DNA of 63,830 bases, counting the filler, from Parasitella parasitica NRRL 2501 (lineage: Eukaryota; Fungi; Mucoromycota): assembly GCA_025201805.1 (NCBI GenBank). It is 14 parts of 14 records of this genome, joined end to end, with 100 filler letters (N's around TTAATTAATTAA, not from the genome) between each part and the next. Parts side by side here need not be neighbours in the genome. Positions count along the whole stretch, not along the records: positions 20,789 to 40,888 come from MU619452.1; 13 more parts are not named here. The stretch is one strand, 5' to 3'. Below are positions 25,173 through 39,276 of the stretch, piece by piece. The notes below the pieces were generated by a model. It was not told the origin of the DNA, ran no database searches, and was given only the letters and a program-made list of their open reading frames with translations. Positions within the stretch are counted from its first letter, which is position 1. Each line of letters opens with the position of its first letter. A program made the position numbers and the translations under genes.

Positions 25173-26339
25173 TGGAAATACTTTTCTTAAAAAACTAGCA
25201 GAAGTTAATAGCGCTGCCAACCGCTTCAACATCAAGAGCTACTGAACAATGTACTGTGGAAGTTAATGGAAGAACCAAGCACGTCGATGCACAATGTTGT
25301 GCCTGGTCTTGAAAATGAGCACATCAGCGATTGTATGTAAAAAAGTAATAGAAACTTAATTTACCAGATGCAAAGCTATTGATTTTATTAATTGGTAAGA
25401 AGCTGTCTATTTATATCAGACTAAATCTATATGAATGAATCTATAAATACAATCAGATCATTTTGACATTTAATTATTGTCAAACAAGATTACAAAGTAG
25501 TAGTTAGAGCAAGGCATATCATTATATTTAATCAGCTAATCATTGTGAATGTGAATCATTCTGATGTATCAATTTCTCAACCTGAAGTCAAAATCAAGTA
25601 AACCCAAGTAGATGGTTTCCTATACAAGACATTCTGTCGATTACTTCTATTTACTACATATAATAATCAGTGACATTTAACCTTAGATCCGATCAGGAAC
25701 GGTTACCATGACAACTAAGTTGAAATAATGGTAACCATGGTGTTTTATGGATAACAACAATTTATACTGTATTCTCATAACTGTCGATTTGAATATAGGG
25801 ATTGACCCTAATAATGAGAAAACCAACAGTAAAATATTTATTTGAAATTTATCTAACCTATCACTAACCTCTTTATTATCTAGTGAACGATCATACTATT
25901 CCTCTTCTGTTGAAAAAAAAAAAAAGTAAAAAATCATCTACTAATAAAATGGAATTCAACCTAACGCTGATATTCCACGGAAGACAATTTACCATGACAG
26001 ATTTTAATTAAAAATAGTTAAAGTAGGTTCTACCAAAGCATTGAATGAGAGTGTCAAAAAGAATAACACTTTAAAATCTACGCTTTTAAATCTTCCAAAC
26101 ACTGCTCTTCTACTTGAATTGCAGTTGAGGGTATGATAATGTCAGATACGTTCAACTTTAGTTTTGAAAAGTTAGTTAATACTAGAATGGATGTTTAGGA
26201 TAACTTCTTCCACATGGTCAACCCCAATGTTTATGATGGTTACAAAAAAAAAGCAAACTTATCAGTACATATGACGTTTTTCTAAATAATAAATCTAGAT
26301 TCAACTCAATCTACTGTTGTATGATGCGGGAAATTATGG

Positions 26340-27577
26340 CTCAATCAAGATGTTACTATCTTGGATAACTCTGCAAGAGCAAAAGTCAAGGCCATACTGC
26401 AGCCATTCCCCTTCCCTCCAACAAATACAAATTTGAAAAGGACTCCACCTTTTACGACGTAAAAATCCAATCCCGAATGCAACTGCAGGGCCTTTATGAA
26501 AATAGTTGAACTCTTCGATTCAGAATGTTGCGCCAATTTTCTTGCTTTCCCCTGCGAACCACGTTCATTTCTTGTTTTATGACTTTCGACTTCAAGGTTA
26601 TTCATTATAATATATCAAAGTATAAGATAGTACCAAAAATTGGCAGCAATTCTCAAACTTGGGGCTCTATAGTCATTACAAACAACAGGGCCTTTAATAA
26701 CCAAGGAATTAACACGTCGCTGCGCTTTGAGACCGATGGTGTAGTTGTTTCTATAATTAAGCAAAACACTCCTAAAAATAGAAAAGCGCACAACTCAAGA
26801 CAAAGCGTGAGGATTTTAAAGATGTTGTAAGATACATGGAGAGTTTGGCTCAGGAGGATTTAAATGAAAATCAATAGTAAGTTTGTCTTGATGAATCCAG
26901 GAAGACGAGACATACTCCACTGTATGAAAGAGACAAACGCTGCGCAGAATAAGCAGGCCATGGCTTACACAAAGATGACAAGAACAAAACTTTCAAGGAA
27001 TTACAGAATTCTACTGAAGAAGACCAAGTCTGCCTCCCTACATCAGAAGCAAAGCTCGCAACGACCAGGTCGTCCTCTGTCAAGATTGAAGAGTACGAAA
27101 TGTATATCAAGACGAGAGCTTCGTTGAAAAAGTACTTTGCTCAAATTATGGAAATGAAGCATTACAAACAAAGCAAGCTTATTTCCCCAACTGTTGCTTT
27201 GACTTTCGTTTGGGAAACAATAGGTTAATTTGTACTTTAGGCATTTGTTCGTTGCAAGAATCAGAGGACAGTACGCAGCAGAATGCAATCCAAAATTCTA
27301 TAAGAGAAAGACTAGGCCTACATGGATTAAAACGGTAAAAATGATGCTAGTATTAGACATTAGTTATGAGATTCCTAATCACAGTGATTACTGAGCTATT
27401 AGATGCACGAACTCTGTCTGCCTAGGATAATCAAAGCTAAGATTGTGGTATCAGGATCTTGCAGCCGCATTGAATTTCAAGAAAATCCTAACCAGCTTGA
27501 GAGAAATAGGATCACGCCCTGAATTGCTTACTCGCACACAACCAGGAGTCCTCTACCAAGGTTATCGCCAGATGTAG
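26340..27577 (+). pseudogene. Degenerate Fanzor (eukaryotic TnpB-family RNA-guided endonuclease)
   Basis: Pieces in shifting frames: KFEKDSTFYDVK, FSCFPLRTTFISCFMTFD, FETDGVVVSI, FVLMNPGRRDIL (RuvC-I DPG mutated to NPG), RCTNSVC and LWYQDLAAALNFKKIL...G.RPELLTR (RuvC-III, WNRD..AA.N consensus). Frameshifted and deleted. Confidence 0.78.
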
Positions 27578-27901
27578 TCAACTTTTGGTTACAATCGCTT
27601 CGTTATTTCAAAGAATTAACTAATCGTCAATTCGATTCAGTAGGTTTGTGTCATTTTTTTTTCTGCTAACCGACATTCAATTTTTACTAGCAGAAATTTG
27701 TTTTATCAAGACGGCTACTATTTACCGTAGAATAACTCATAAACGGTAAAACCCTGTTGGCCAGCCAAGCTAAAATGATGACTCTAATACCGTAGTGTAA
27801 AGAGCTTGGCATTAAGAACCCGCCAAGTGTAAATATCAACTTAATTCAAAGTACACCAATCTTTATATCCTTTATTCTATTCCAATAAGAAAAAAAAAAG
27901 T

Positions 27902-30900
27902 ATGAAGAGCACCCTCAACGTTTTCCTGTTGGGATTGTTTTTATTACAGTTCGCCTTACCATCAGCGGCTATATATGAAAACCAAGCCGGTACATTCGAT
28001 TGGTAAGCCCATTATGTGATAAGGAAAACGCGAAAAACTAACATATGATAAAAGGCATCATACTTGGATAGGCCATCCCCGTGAAGCAATAAAGATAGAC
28101 TTTGAACATATTGCAGTTTACTCTGAAAGAAATATTATAGCTTCTCTCAACATTGAAAATGGCGCAGTGGGTAATGCTATTCTGCACAAAAGGACCACGC
28201 ACAACAATCACTCATGACTGATTTACAAAACATAGTGTGGAGACAGGTTCTTGAAAATCAATTAGACCATTTCGTAGCAACAGAAGCAGGTACTGCCATG
28301 ACGCCATGCGCTTATAGATAGCGACATATATTAACATTTTATTAAGGAATTCTTACCGTCGCTAGTAGCCCTGAGCGAGCTCAGTTTTGGAATAGCACAA
28401 ACGGTCAATTAATATGGGAGCACACTCTTCCTCAAAACGAAAGTTACGGAAATACTAAGCCTATTACTTGGGACAATGGAGACGTTGCTTTATTTGTGGA
28501 AAGAACTAAACTCATTAAACTTTCAAAAGATGGAGAGGTGCTTTGGACTTGGACTAGAGAAGCAAATGATGGGTAAGTTTCGACCGCTTGAATAGAACCA
28601 TGTGGTTGCTAATGTGCAAATGTATAGTCAAGTGTTTGAAAAAATGAAGCTGTTTGAACGAGGCGATTTGGTTTATGTCGCTGTTGAACCTAATGACGAA
28701 AAAAAATCGCCATTCTTCCTTATCAATGTTATTCACGCAACAACAGGAGAGATCTCCTCGACATTCGAAATCCCTTGCAACTCCAATTATGACGATGTGA
28801 CATATACTGGCGATTATATACTTTGGACAGAAGAAGATATCCTCAAATGGACACTTATAACCAAAAAGCAAATTGCGAGTACTTCCATCAAATCTCTCGT
28901 CAAATCCCTCCCAACAGCAGAAAAATTCATTCCTAGTAAAATCAGTCTTTTTGGTGCTGATGATGCTGAAGTTGCTTCGTTTATTCTTTCTACCGAATTT
29001 GAAAACGACGACGACATATTATTTTCAGCATCTGTGCTTGTGGATATACAAGAAAAAGCAATGAGCTTAAATCTTTACTACGGAGAACACGCTTCTTACG
29101 GTGGGGCAGATTTCTTCAATAAGTCTGCAGTTCGTGCTATCAGATCAGATTCTCAAGAGTTAACTGTCCAGATCATACCCGAAGGAAAAGAGTTGAAGAT
29201 CAAGCATGATTTCTCATTGAGTGGTGATGTCAATTACATCAAATTGATTGACATGGACCCCTTCCGCCTATTTGTCATTACTGAAGGTTCTTCGGTCTTC
29301 TTGTACAATGAATCATCCATCATCTGGTCCCGTGAGGAAGCCTTAAGTGCTATTGCTGCATCCGAATTCTTGGATCTTCCTGAGCAAAAAATGTGGACGC
29401 AAATGGCAGATGAACTTGATGAAACTGCCTCTGAACAAGCTGCAGAAAGCCCTGTTTCTCGTTACATTCGTAGGCTTAGTGCGCACACATTAGAGCTTCG
29501 CCGCTTGCCTAGTTGGATCATTTCTCACTTCATTGGCATGTCTAGTTCGACTATAAAGATCGATAATAGCAAGGTCAGTAATTTGGAGGCACAATCTTGC
29601 TGGTTAAATAATACAGAACCCGAGATCTTGTACCGTGATAACTTTGGGTTGCGCAAGCTCTTGATTTCTGCTACAAAAAGTGGTAAAATTATTGCTCAGG
29701 ATACATCTCGCAATGGTAAAATCGTTTGGAGTCGTTATATGGATTCCTTTTCCTTTACCCAAATTTATGTGGTGCGTGCTGCCGCTGTTAAATTACCTCC
29801 TCTTATTGTTGCTATTGGCAATACCTTTGATGAGATTGGCGGTCAAGCCGTTGGCTTTGTTCGTTTGAATGCTTTAACTGGCGACGATTACTTTACTGCC
29901 ATACCTGATGTTGCTGATTTCTTCGAGCCAATTGTCTCTACCAATATTGGCGTTGATAAGGTTATGCGTTTACCAGTGGAGGACCCTGATGAGCATACTC
30001 ATTTATTAGCCGTCTATGAGGCTGGCTCTGGGCGTGTATACATCTATCCTGATACCCTCGGCTCTCAAAACAAGTTTGTTACTGAATTCCTGTCGACATT
30101 CTATTTCTCTGCACAGAACGCCGACGGAAATATGCAAGGCTTCAAGGTTGTTGAAGGGTACAGAGGTAGTTTGAAAGCTGAACCTGTTTGGAAATTCATA
30201 ATGCCCCAAGACGAAACGACTGTCGCCCTCAGTCGTAATCAGCCTAATGAAAAGGTCGCCTCTCTTGGTCGTGCCTTGGGCAACAGAAATGTTTTGTACA
30301 AATACTTGAACCCTCATATGTTTGCTCTGATTACAAAAAATACCGAGAAAAAGCTGATCAAGGTTCGCATCATGGATTCTGTCAAGGGCTCCATTTTGTA
30401 TGAAACTATTCATGAGAACGTTGATACTGAATACAATGATGTCCATGTCATTCAATCTGAAAACTGGTTTGTATATCACTTTTGGAGCGACGATTCAAAG
30501 GCCAGAGGTTATCAAACAGCTGTATTGGAGCTGTTTGAGGGCCAATATGAAAACGAACGCATTGAAAGGTAGTACTGAGAGGATATCGTCTGCAAATTGG
30601 TATACTAACAACTCAATACTAGCGCTAATTTCTCTTCCTTTGACAATATTGAGCCTCATGTTCTTTCATCAGCATTTGCTTTCCCTTACCCCATCACTAC
30701 AATGGGTGTTACCATCACTAAAAATGGGATTTCCACCAAAGAAATCCTTTTTGGTTTGCCTACTCACCAAATTATGGGTGTTAACAAGAGATTATTCGAC
30801 CCTCGTAGACCCAGAGAGAAGCCAACTAAGGAAGACCAAGAAGAGCAACTTTTCCCCTATGGCCCTATTCCAGATGAAAAGCGCCTCTTTTTGACATATG

Positions 30901-31145
30901 GCTTAGATGTTGCAGGTGTCAAATCCATCATCACTAGTCCTTCTCTTTTGGAATCAACAGCCCTTGTTTTTGCATATGGCCTTGATTCTTTCTTCACAAG
31001 ATCCTCTCCTAGTAAACAATTTGATGTATTATCCGAAGATTTTTCCAAAATTCAGCTGCTATTAACCATCACTGGTTTGATTGTTGGTATTTGGATTACT
31101 GGGCCTATAGTTCGCAGGAAACGTGTCAATGCTCTATGGAAATGA
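27902..31145 (+). CDS. EMC1: ER membrane protein complex subunit 1 (multi-exon)
   Basis: Signal peptide then IYENQAGTFDW; WSREEAL, DNFGLRK, GRALGNRNVLYKYLNP, ENWFVY, T.NGISTK, LESTALVFAYGLD.FF, PSKQFDVLSEDF; C-terminal TM and W end. Confidence 0.96.
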
Positions 31146-32030
31146 TTGTAGCATAATTATACAGCAATAAAATTATTATATCAAAACGTATTTTATCCCA
31201 TGGACGCATAAGCTCCTTGGATTATGATTCTACAAGAAATCCTTACTTGGCTATATTGCACTGTTGGACATTTCTTAAAATCTTTTTAATGCAAATCAAC
31301 ATATCTGTTTGTAGACAAAATTTACTATATCCCATGATGCTCCTGTTTTATTCATGAGGCCTCGTCCCTGATTCAGGCACCAACTGCAGCAGTCAACAGA
31401 GGCAAAATTTGAATCCTTTTAGACGTTTATCAAGAAAAGACGTATAAAAAATTAAGACAATTTTGTAGATATATCAATGGTGCATCTGATTATCCACATT
31501 TTAAATAGCTTTCTTCCTAGGTAATTAATATTCAAAAGAAAAACACGTCTTTTGACTAAAATCTATTATTGGGTATAACAAAACACTTAAAAAAAGCAAC
31601 TTCAAATGAATTTTAGAATAAAGCAATCGATTTTCCATAGCATATTTTTTTTTGGTGCGAGTGAAATGGCTTGGGAACAAGTTTGCCTCTTGAATCGGCC
31701 AACAAATTATACTATCAAAGTTGACTTCTGTATGCATATTCGTATTGTCTGGTTTATAGTAATATTATTTGTTGTGTGAAAAAAAAGCAGGTTTCTGATA
31801 TTGACAAGTTGCTTTTATCCAAGATTTGAAAATTATGAGTCATATATTGCCAGGAAGCAGGTTAAAACTATGGTGAGATACCGTTTGAGATCAGTGTAGA
31901 TACTCAACTTTGATAATATCAATGTGGGGAAGGGGGGGGGGGTTTCTTTAACCGGGCATATTATATTGATAGTTGAGAAAGAAAATCTTTTGCCCTCTTT
32001 TTCTTTCATAACGCGCACTTTCACAGCATC

Positions 32031-33645
32031 ATGGAGATAAGTGAAGAAGAGTATAAATTGGCCAAGGAAGCACATGTAGCCAACTGTACTGGCGGAGGTA
32101 TTCATGAAATTAATCTAGTGTGCGCATCTCTTGTGGTAAGCAATGTTGTCTTTGTAAACAAGTAGGTATGAGTATATAACATTCACTCTCTCGCATTTAG
32201 AGTTCTCACATGTTGTGGACTTCGCTAGTCCAAGCAAATATTATCAGTCAAGATACCTTCTTGCCAGAATTTATGATATACGTCTTACCGGTACTAAGTT
32301 GCCTAACAATAGCATCCAATTATGCATCTTATGTCACAATTGCGATGGCGACAGTAGCCGTGTTTGTATTCTCATCAACAAAGACTACTACCGCAACAAT
32401 AGCAACAACAGAAGAAACACAGTATAAATCTTATTTGACCGTTTATCGCGCTGGCACGATGATCTTGACATGCATCGCAATTTTAGCAGTAGATTTTCAA
32501 TTTTTCCCTCGACGATTTGCCAAGGTGGAAACGTTTGGGACATCACTGGTATTTACAGTATGTTTGGCGCAATGAAGAGTATATCATTAAATTACAGAAA
32601 GATGGATGTAGGTGTTGGGTCTTTTGTATTTTCATCCGGTGTAGTTGCATCTAGGGCATATCTCAAGCAACAAAGCGGATCATTTATCAAAAGTTTGACC
32701 AAATCAACTCGATCTGCATTTCCAATTTTGGCGCTGGGATTTGCACGGTTTTTCTTGACCAAAAGTGTCAATTATCAAGAGCATAATTCAGAATATGGAC
32801 TTCATTGGAATTTTTTTTTTACATTGGGGTTTTTACCACCTTTTGTGACAATATTGGGCTTCTTGAGACGATTTGCTCCCTTTTCGGTGATCGCCACAAT
32901 GATTGCAGTAGGATACCAGCTGGCATTGTGTCAAGGGCTGCAAGATTGGATACTGGAAGCGCCCCGTGTGGATATCTTGAGCGCCAACAAGGAGGGAATT
33001 TGCAGCTTTGCTGGTTACTTAGCCATCTTTATGTTTGGGCTTGAGTGCGGATCTATTATATTCCAAGATAATTTATCGACAACCAGATTATCCAAAGCAT
33101 TTGGCATCGGACGGCAAATGCATATCCAGCAACTAGCTGTTCATTTATTTACATTCAGTGCTATAATGTGGAGTGCATTTGGTTTGTGGATCAGCGCATT
33201 TCACGAGTATTACGTCTCTAGACGAATGGTATAAAAAAGTGGATAAGTGAGGAGTGCTTGCAAACATTCCTTATTCAATAATTATCTAGGCAAATCTACC
33301 GTATGTGTTTTGGGTGATTGCTTTCAACCTCACGCTGCTATCGTGCATAGTTTTGGTAGAGTCGAGGTTTCAAGTCAAAGGCAGAGGCCCCCCAATGTTG
33401 GATGCAGTAAACATCAACGGACTATTCACATTTCTATTGGTAGGATAGATTCGTTATCTTATATAATCCCAACTTACGTAATATAAACATAGGCCAACGT
33501 GTTGACAGGCACAGTAAATTTGAGTATCAGAACTTTATATGCAAACGATGCCCAGTCCAGCTTGATCAATGTCATCTACATGTGCATCGTTACTATGGTT
33601 CCTTGGATAATGTGGAGATCATTCAAGATTAGAGTCAAATTCTGA
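32031..33645 (+). CDS. GWT1: GPI inositol acyltransferase (GWT1/PIG-W), multi-exon
   Basis: [15 protein letters not shown]; [42 protein letters not shown]; [18 protein letters not shown]; ANKEG; VSRRMANLPY. Confidence 0.96.
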
Positions 33646-34006
33646 GTTTCATACGAAAAGTAGCTGATGAAGAAAAGTCTCACCATCAACATCGGCCACC
33701 GGCAAATGATAATAATAAAAATATTTTCTTTTTTGAGGATTTCTCTTTTTTCCATTTTCCAACACTTGAATTTTTTTTTTAAAACATACACAAGTACGCA
33801 GATATAATCCACAAATTATATCAATTACTCTTTGTGCCTAAATCAAAAGAGACAATAAACCCTTTTTTGTAATAGCTAAAAGTTTAAAAAAAGCTGTTAG
33901 GCTCAGAGAAATTGAAATTTAAATCTTTGGTAATACTGGATTTTCTACACGCGTGTAAACAAATTCCACTAAACCGCCTTTCGAATGCTAGGTCAACAAA
34001 CTAAAA

Positions 34007-37000
34007 ATGAGTTACCGCAGGAAAACCACTATTTTCACTGATTCTGAATCAGAGCATGAATCAGACAATAGCAACCGACAGCGACAATCAAATACCACTC
34101 CTTCATCCCCTTCTTCATCCTCGTCTATTACCAATTCGCCATCATCCCCCTCCAATCACCATCTCCAAATGCAATCAGACACTGACGACGAGAACATTCT
34201 TTCGCCTCAGGGGTCATTATCCCCAATCAATTCTGCAGACGAGGAGGACGAAGAGGAAGAGGAAGAGTTCGAGGAAGTAGCGCAACCGCAGAAGCACCGC
34301 CAGCAATCTCGACAAAACTACTACGATCCAGACCTCTACTGCCTGCGTCGTTCCAGCCGTCGAAAAGAGAAAGAAAGTGCAAGCGTTGGTATCAAATGAT
34401 TCTTTTGCCGCAGATTGATTGACACTTTTCACGTAGAACGAAGACGAGTCTGAAGAAATGACATATACAACTGACGAAGATGCTCAGCAAAGCAGTTCGG
34501 ATGATGACTATGGAGCCTCATCATCAACTCAAAAGAAGAGGTCTTCTACCCGTCAACATTCAAAGAAGAAAGGTAAGACCGCATTGCCTGTGTATTTAAT
34601 TGTGTTGACTTGAGCAAACTTTGGTAGTAATTTATGATACCGAAGATGAGGACGATCTTGTCAATAAAAACGATCAAGACGATGATGAAGAGGAGGATAC
34701 CAACTCTGATGACGACTGGGGAGCAGCATCCAAGAAGCGAAAAAGCAGATTAAAACGTAGAAACGTCAAAAACTCGAAAAACAGCATTAATCGATCACGT
34801 AAGTAGCAAATCTCAGCTGCACAATACGGGCGCAAGTCTAACAGAAAAACACAACAGGCGCTATTTCACCGAGCGATTATGCCAGGCATTCCACCAGAAA
34901 CAAAAAAGTAACAAACTACAATGAAGACAACTCTGAGCTTTGGGGGCTGTCTGATGAAGAAATGGCCGAATCATATACCCCTGTTGCAGCCGAAGAAGAA
35001 GAGGGCGAAGTGATCGAAGCCGTTCTTGACCATCGCAGACGAGAAGGTTATGGTAAATATAAGCATGTGCAATATAAAAAAAAAAAATGGCTATGTTTGT
35101 TCAATTCAATTCTATAGAATCTGGGTCCGACGAGCCAGAGCGTAATTTGGAATATCTCATCAAATGGAAGACCTGGTCTCATTTGCACGATACCTGGGAT
35201 AGATATGAGTATTTAAAACCTTTCAGAGGTTTCCGAAAGCTGGAAAATTATGTTCGAGGCCGCATCTATGCCGAGCAAAGCTTCAGAGCCAACAGCGAAA
35301 CCACAAAGGAAGAGATCGAGCAGCAGGACATCAATATTTCCCGACGCAGAGACGAGATTCAGGACTGGCAGACAGTAGAACGTATTATTGCCGCTCGTGG
35401 ATCCCCGCCCAATGTTGAATATTTGATAAAATGGAAGCGACTCCACTATGATGAATGCACTTGGGAAGAGGTTGATCTGATTTCGCCCGACTACCAAGCT
35501 GAAATTGACGACTTTTTGAACCGAGAGCAGAACGTCCATATTCCACATAGATCGAAATCATATCCCAACAACAGCAGGCCTGAATTTGTCGCTTTCAAGT
35601 CACAGCCTGCCTACATTTCGGGAGGAGAGCTCCGTGAATATCAATTACATGGTGTGAATTGGATGTATTGGCTTTGGTGCAGAAATGAAAACGGCATCTT
35701 GGCAGACGAAATGGGTCTTGGAAAAACTGTACAGACTATCAGTTTACTGAATGTTCTCTACAATACATGTCAGCTCTATGGTCCTTTTCTCATTGTCGTC
35801 CCTCTGTCTACCTCTGACAACTGGATGCAAGAATTCAAGCAGTGGGCTCCTCAAATGAACGTCATTTGCTATTTAGGCAACCGTGCTGCTCGTGCTACCA
35901 TCCGCGACAACGAATTCTATCTTGCAGGGACTAAACGACTCAAATTCAACGTCCTGATCACAACTTACGAAATTGTTCTTAAAGATAAAGACTTTATGGG
36001 TGGTATTCGCTGGCAATACTTGGCTGTTGACGAAGCACATCGTCTCAAGAACTCGGAGTCACAATTATACGATGCTCTTTCCAGCTTCCAAACTACAAAC
36101 CGTTTGCTGATTACGGGTACGCCACTGCAAAACAACATCAAAGAGCTGTTAGCCTTGGTTCGTTTCCTTATGCCCAATATGGATCTAAGCGCCTACTACT
36201 TTGACTTGGATGTGGGAGACAAGGATCAAGAAAATAAGATTAAAGCGCTGCATCAGAGTTTAAAGAGTCTCATGCTGCGTCGATTAAAAAAAGCTGTCGA
36301 GAAATCGTTGCCCAACAAATCCGAGCTGATTCTTCGTGTAGAAATGAGTGAGCTCCAACGAACATTTTACAAGCACATCCTTGCTAAAAACTTTGAACTT
36401 CTCACCTCAAATTCTGACAACAAAAAGCAATGGCTGAACATTGCAATTGAACTCAAGAAAGCCAGCAATCACCCTTTCCTGTTTCCCGATGTCGAAGAGC
36501 CTTCTGAAAGCCGCATCACTCAGCTCAAAGGGCTTATTGAAAACAGTGGAAAAATGGTCCTGTTGGATAAGCTGCTCACTCGTCTGAAGAGCAATGGGCA
36601 CCGTGTCTTGATCTTTTCGCAGTTGGTCATGATGCTGGATATTTTGTCTGATTACATGACGCTACGTGGACATCCTTTCCAGAGACTAGACGGTTCTATG
36701 AAACCTGAAGACCGTAACAAGGCCATTGAACATTACAATTCTCCTGGAAGTCCAGATTTTGCTTTCTTATTATCCACGCGTGCTGGTGGAATGGGCATTA
36801 ACTTGGTTACGGCAGATACAGTGATTATCTTTGATTCAGACTGGAATCCCCAGAATGATTTACAAGCCATGTCTCGCGCACATCGTATTGGCCAAACCAA
36901 ATCTGTGAATGTTTATCGATTTGTGACAAAGGGCACCATGGAAGAGGATATCATTGAGCGAGCCAAGCAAAAAATGATCCTGGAGTACTGTATTATCAAG

Positions 37001-39142
37001 CAGATGGATACGTCTGGAAAAGCAATCATTCAAGGCCAAACACTCACAACTTCCACCGGCAAGAACAGAGACATTCCGTTTAATCGTGCCGAGATGTCTG
37101 CCGTCCTTAAATTTGGCGCCAAAAACATGTTTGAGACTCTTGATAAAACCCAAAACATTCAAGACATCGATTTGGATGATATCCTGTCTCGTGCTGAGCA
37201 GACAGAGACATTGGACGAAGAAGCAAGTGCACTAGGCTCCGAGGACTTTTTGGCCCAATTCAAGATTACCGATTACGGAGGGACAGCAGAGGATTTGAGC
37301 TGGGACGACATTATTCCTGAATCCGAGCGTGCAAAGATCGACGAGGGAAAGAAGCTAGAAGACCAGGCTGCATTGTATGATCGTGCTGCAAAGAAAGGAC
37401 GTGTTCATTATTCCGAGAATGTCGAGGAAGAAGAAGAAGATGAAGCAGTGGAAGGCGGCAACGAGAATGGCTCCAGGAAACGACGAAAAGCTGCTACCAT
37501 TGGAAGTTCCAGAAAAAAGCAAAGAAGCAATGGAAAATCTAATGAGTTTGGCGACCGCGATCGTCGTGCTATTATGCGTGCGGTTCTCAAGTACGGTGAT
37601 TTAGAAGCTAGATATACAGAGGCGGTAGCAGACTTTGATTTAGACCAGAAAGATAGAGAAAGTGTTTTAGAATTATACCAAGATTTGATATCTGTTTGTA
37701 AAGAAAAGGTGCGCGAGCAAGCCGAAGCCAACAATACAATTCCTAAAGGAGCCGTGATTACTGACGATATGCTCTTGCGTGATCTTCGACATACTAAGCA
37801 AAAAGCAATTTTGTTTACATGGCGAGAAATTCAAATGGTAAACGCAGGCCAAATCCTCCAACGGCACCATGATATGAAGGTTTTAGCTCGTCGCCTAAAA
37901 GCTGCGCCTAACATTTACAACTTCCGTGTTCCACCCACTGCTAAACATGTACAAGCTTGGTCTTGTGAATGGGGGACAAAAGAAGACTCGATGCTGCTGG
38001 TCGGTGTCCACCAGCATGGCTTTGGATCCTGGCCTCTTATTGAACAGGATACTCCATTAGAACTCTTTGGCAAGTTCTTTTTAGGTTCTGGAAAAGAAGA
38101 CGAAAAGAAATCCCCAAAGGCCATCCATCTAGTCCGCAGAGCCGATCAAATGCTGAAGATATTAGCCGAAGAAGACAAAAAGAACGTCGATGTGACGACC
38201 GCTGCGAATGGAAAAGCTGCAGCATCCTCTTCTTCGAAAAAGGGTCCTCGATTCAAACAGCAACAACGAAAAGAAGCCGAGAAACATCAAAGGCACAAAG
38301 AGCAGCACGAAGAACAGCAATTGCAGGAACGACAAAAGCGTGAACAGAAATCAAAAACTGATCTAGCTCATCACAAGCTTAAGCATGATCAAAATAACCA
38401 AAGCAATAAACATCATACTAGTACCAATCATACCAAGTCATCCACTCCTGCTTCAGTGAAATCTGATAGAAAAAAGAGACCTCACCGTTCAGAAGATACA
38501 ACGCCCCGCCCAACTGCAAAACGAGCTGAAAAAGAGAACAAAGTTCCTGAACGAGCTTATGAGAGCTACGATGAAGATGCTGCGTATTCGACCATGCGAC
38601 CTGTCAAATACCTGTTAAACAGAATGCGCGATGATTCAGCAAAAGCAGAGGGTCACGAAAAGGCTGCCATTATTAAGGATTGCTTGTATCGCATTGGAAA
38701 GCATATCGACCGAGAAGTCTCCAGTCACCGCCGTGACTCCAACATGAAGCGAGATTTATGGCTCTTCACCCTTAACTATTGGCCTGGGCATAATGTCAGT
38801 TATAAAGATTTAGTTGTAGTTTATGACAAAGTTGTGGAAGCCAGGAACAAGGAAAGAGATGACCAGCATCACTTTAACGGTCGCAGCCGAAGCAGTAACT
38901 ATGAGCACCACAGACATCATGAATCTTCGTCCTCAAAAGACGCTTCAAGCAGCCGACGAAGCAGCCACAGCCATCATCATAGTGGTGGAAACAGCAGCAG
39001 TCGGCATAACGATAACAATGAAAGCAGTGGCAACAACAGCCATCGTCGAAGAAGCTCGTCCTCGTCGCACAGAAGCAGCAAAAACGAAGATCACCACCGC
39101 CGAGATAAAAAGCATGATCGCAATGAGCGACGTCGACGCTGA
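34007..39142 (+). CDS. CHD1: Chromodomain helicase DNA-binding protein 1 (Chd1/Hrp1/Hrp3), multi-exon
   Basis: Double chromodomain (EYLIKWK..SHLH.TW; [15 protein letters not shown]), SNF2 ATPase ([38 protein letters not shown]), SLIDE-like [17 protein letters not shown]. Confidence 0.96.
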
Positions 39143-39276
39143 TATCTAAAAAAAAGTTTTCACGCAACCCTCACCTTTTTCTAATTTGATTTTCTTCCGC
39201 CCTTCTTAATTACTGTACTCAATCTCCCTTCCCTTTCGTTTGCATTTTTCCGTTTGCTTTTATACGTCATTCAAAA

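Noticed and set aside
21367-33645. GPI/ER functional cluster (CDA, EMC1, GWT1)
   Set aside because: Housekeeping genes with no evidence of co-regulation; likely coincidental synteny.
35213-38225. Antisense ORFs within CHD1 (likewise within EMC1, CDA and the LINE)
   Set aside because: Shadow frames of real genes, without motifs.
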